This document shows positions 14,273 through 15,665 of a stretch of DNA of 15,665 nt, one piece after another (position 1 is the first letter of the stretch; the number at the start of each line of letters is the position of its first letter). The stretch is taken from assembly GCA_046293555.1 (NCBI GenBank), contig JBKBOT010000002.1:1-15665 (forward strand). Direction: 5' to 3'. The notes under the pieces are model-generated. The model had not been told where the DNA came from and did not search any database. It saw nothing but the letters and a program-made list of their open reading frames with translations. The DNA comes from Pyrobaculum sp. Lineage in GTDB: Archaea; Thermoproteota; Thermoprotei; Thermoproteales; Thermoproteaceae. The translations under genes were made by a program, and so were the position numbers.

Positions 14273-15665
14273 TTACTTCTTGGCCTCTTGACGTCTCCTC
14301 AGCGCAAATGCCAGCGCGATTAATACAACAACTATGCCAATTATCGCCGCGGCGAGTGACTCAGTTACCCCAGCGGCAGGTGCCACAGTCTCTACAAAAG
14401 TCGCCGGAGGTGCTGTAGGCGTAGGTGTCGGCGTGGGGGCGGGCGTGGGGGCTGTCGGAAGGGCTTCCCTGGGCACAAACACCTGGGTCGCCTCAGAGAC
14501 TATGGGCACGTTTTCGGCATATGTAAGTATCCAGAGTTTGTATGCCCTATTTGCCGTAAGTTTTGAGGTCACATCTGCCGGCATATTTATAGTAAAGGTG
14601 TTAGCTGTAGTAAAGGCCTCTGGAGATATATATAGATACCTTCCGGTGACTGGGTCTATCACGCCCCACTTGTAATATATCCTGCCAGCACCTGTAGGCA
14701 CCTCTAATCTCACTGTCGCCGTGGCTTCCTGGCCGACAGCTACAGTAGCCGTCGATATTGAAGCTATTGCAACAGGCGTGGCCACTCCAAAATAGAAGGC
14801 ACCCGGCCTGTAGGGATATGTGGGGTCTCTAAACGCTCTTAGCTCAATATATTGCTTAGCCGTGTCGATAGCATAGAGGAAATACGGCCCGTTGGAAATT
14901 ATGAGGTGGCTATACGTGTTAAACCAATCTGCCGCAGCCCTGTATCTCGCCAAGGCCTCTTCTCTTGTCATAAGCGTCTTTGTGCCTATGGTAAACCACC
15001 TCTCCGGATAAATGCCGGCGTTGGCTGCTTCTTGTAACACATCTACAGCCGCCTTGGCGTGATCTTTAAGAATTAGCGAAAGCCAAGGCACGCCAAACTT
15101 CGTGGCCCCAGCTCTAGAGGCGGCATGCGTCTGCTTGACGTAGACCAACTGGTCTACCGCATAGTATACCTCCCAAGGCATGTCAGGTGAAAACACGGCT
15201 TGCGCCGCGATGTAGTTGGGGTCAAAATGCCAGTAGTCAACATAGATCTCTATCGCCGTGTCGTTTACAATACGGATACCTTTTATTAACGACATGGTGG
15301 CGTTGACGTAAGAAGCCACGCCGGACTCTCTAGCCACCTTAGCCGGGTCGTTAGAGATATCCCAAAGGAAGGCGAAAGTATACATCAAGTCTCCCAGCCT
15401 TATTGTCTGTCCATGGTGCCACTTGGCGCCGATATATTTGGCGTAATTAACCGTCACCTTAGACTTGGCCTTCTCGCCGCCGGCGCTAACCCAGGCCTTC
15501 TGTCTGGCATCCCATCTATATGCGTCAGCCGGCACGTCAAAAGCCCCTTCGGGCCCCCTGGTCTCTACCACATATGTAGCCCTAAACGGCGTAGGCTCGC
15601 CGGTAAAGGAATGAGGCCACATAGCTGGGTCATATATTGTCCTCCACCAATCTACAGAATAGACA
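14273..15665 (-). CDS. ABC transporter substrate-binding protein (family 5, DppA/OppA-like), C-terminal part; starts beyond the window
   Basis: The frame stays open upstream of the track's Met (VYSVDWWRTIYDPAMWPH). Motifs KWHHGQTI...D and ISNGPYFL, then a Pro/Thr linker, a C-terminal TM helix and RRR. Confidence 0.88.
   Translation of the reverse strand, partial: VYSVDWWRTIYDPAMWPHSFTGEPTPFRATYVVETRGPEGAFDVPADAYRWDARQKAWVSAGGEKAKSKVTVNYAKYIGAKWHHGQTIRLGDLMYTFAFLWDISNDPAKVARESGVASYVNATMSLIKGIRIVNDTAIEIYVDYWHFDPNYIAAQAVFSPDMPWEVYYAVDQLVYVKQTHAASRAGATKFGVPWLSLILKDHAKAAVDVLQEAANAGIYPERWFTIGTKTLMTREEALARYRAAADWFNTYSHLIISNGPYFLYAIDTAKQYIELRAFRDPTYPYRPGAFYFGVATPVAIASISTATVAVGQEATATVRLEVPTGAGRIYYKWGVIDPVTGRYLYISPEAFTTANTFTINMPADVTSKLTANRAYKLWILTYAENVPIVSEATQVFVPREALPTAPTPAPTPTPTPTAPPATFVETVAPAAGVTESLAAAIIGIVVVLIALAFALRRRQEAKK
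14406..14458 (-). repeat. Low-complexity Pro/Thr/Ala linker-coding repeat
   Basis: Encodes PTAPTPAPTPTPTPTAPP as imperfect 6-nt units. Confidence 0.7.

Noticed and set aside
14406-14458. Short G-rich repeats as CRISPR or contingency repeat
   Set aside because: Imperfect 6-nt units explained by a Pro/Thr linker, with no repeat-spacer structure.
10432-15037. Short antisense ORFs in the hypothetical, ribosomal and ABC genes
   Set aside because: Shadow ORFs of confident genes.
15620-15622. ATG as start of the binding protein
   Set aside because: The frame is open to the window edge and no signal peptide follows this Met.

Overview
A gene-dense archaeal window whose protein families, intron-containing tRNAs and AT-rich TATA elements point to Thermoproteales (Pyrobaculum/Thermoproteus-like; inferred). 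Bases 1-9329 hold a near-complete tetrapyrrole cluster for siroheme-dependent (Ahb) heme synthesis: hemD (partial, absent from the ORF track), cobA, hemL, an AhbD-like radical SAM/SPASM enzyme, a HAD hydrolase, a short CbiX/SirB-like chelatase, SirC, hemB, a fused AhbA-AhbB, hemC and AhbC. hemA is not in the window. Two minus-strand tRNAs carry short introns at non-canonical positions with clear bulge-helix-bulge motifs: tRNA-Pro(TGG) at 25/26 and tRNA-Lys(TTT) at 30/31. The rest contains DUF72, two small unknown proteins, rps4, rps13 and a Dpp/Opp-type ABC transporter (two permeases plus a partial C-terminally anchored binding protein). I found no CRISPR array or mobile element, and no wholly new system is demonstrable. 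The best leads are the non-standard Ahb enzyme variants, the tRNA introns and the uncharacterised small genes.
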